From assembly GCA_041640655.1 (NCBI GenBank), contig JBEPZV010000059.1:1-14541 (forward strand): a stretch of 14,541 bases of DNA, read 5' to 3'. This DNA is from a bacterium. Lineage in GTDB: Bacteria; Acidobacteriota; Blastocatellia; HR10. Under the pieces are notes generated by a model. It had not been told where the DNA came from. It worked only from the letters and a program-made list of their open reading frames with translations, and did not search any database. Positions 14,541 to 14,541 of the stretch are shown one piece after another; position 1 is the first letter of the stretch, and each line of letters opens with the position of its first letter. A program made the translations under genes and the position numbers.

Positions 14541-14541
14541 A

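Overview
GC-rich bacterial window, about 14.5 kb, with four blocks. (1) Minus strand, 1-3035: an uncharacterised exported-protein cassette made of a 70-aa signal-peptide precursor with a 4-Cys mature peptide, a terminator hairpin, a 630-aa exported alpha-helical protein, a membrane-anchored TlpA/MauD-like CxxC thioredoxin and the start of another gene at the window edge. The peptide gene and the edge gene share a near-identical promoter/operator motif and RBS context. (2) Minus strand, 3155-6158: feoB, with an unusual Cys-containing, membrane-like insertion, followed by a DtxR/MntR-type protein fused to a FeoA domain. (3) Plus strand, 6495-11012: an operon of hemerythrin-like protein, four-subunit 2-oxoacid:ferredoxin oxidoreductase (delta-alpha-beta-gamma) and leucine-type dehydrogenase, ending in a strong hairpin. 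(4) 11090-14541: a pentaheme cytochrome c divergent from a monoheme cytochrome c plus AmrS-type radical SAM gene, then the 3' end of a convergent citrate synthase gene. Three sigma54 -24/-12 promoters (6452, 12380 and 12674) and shared candidate enhancer boxes suggest that blocks 3 and 4 form one sigma54 regulon. All calls come from reading the sequence; no searches were run.
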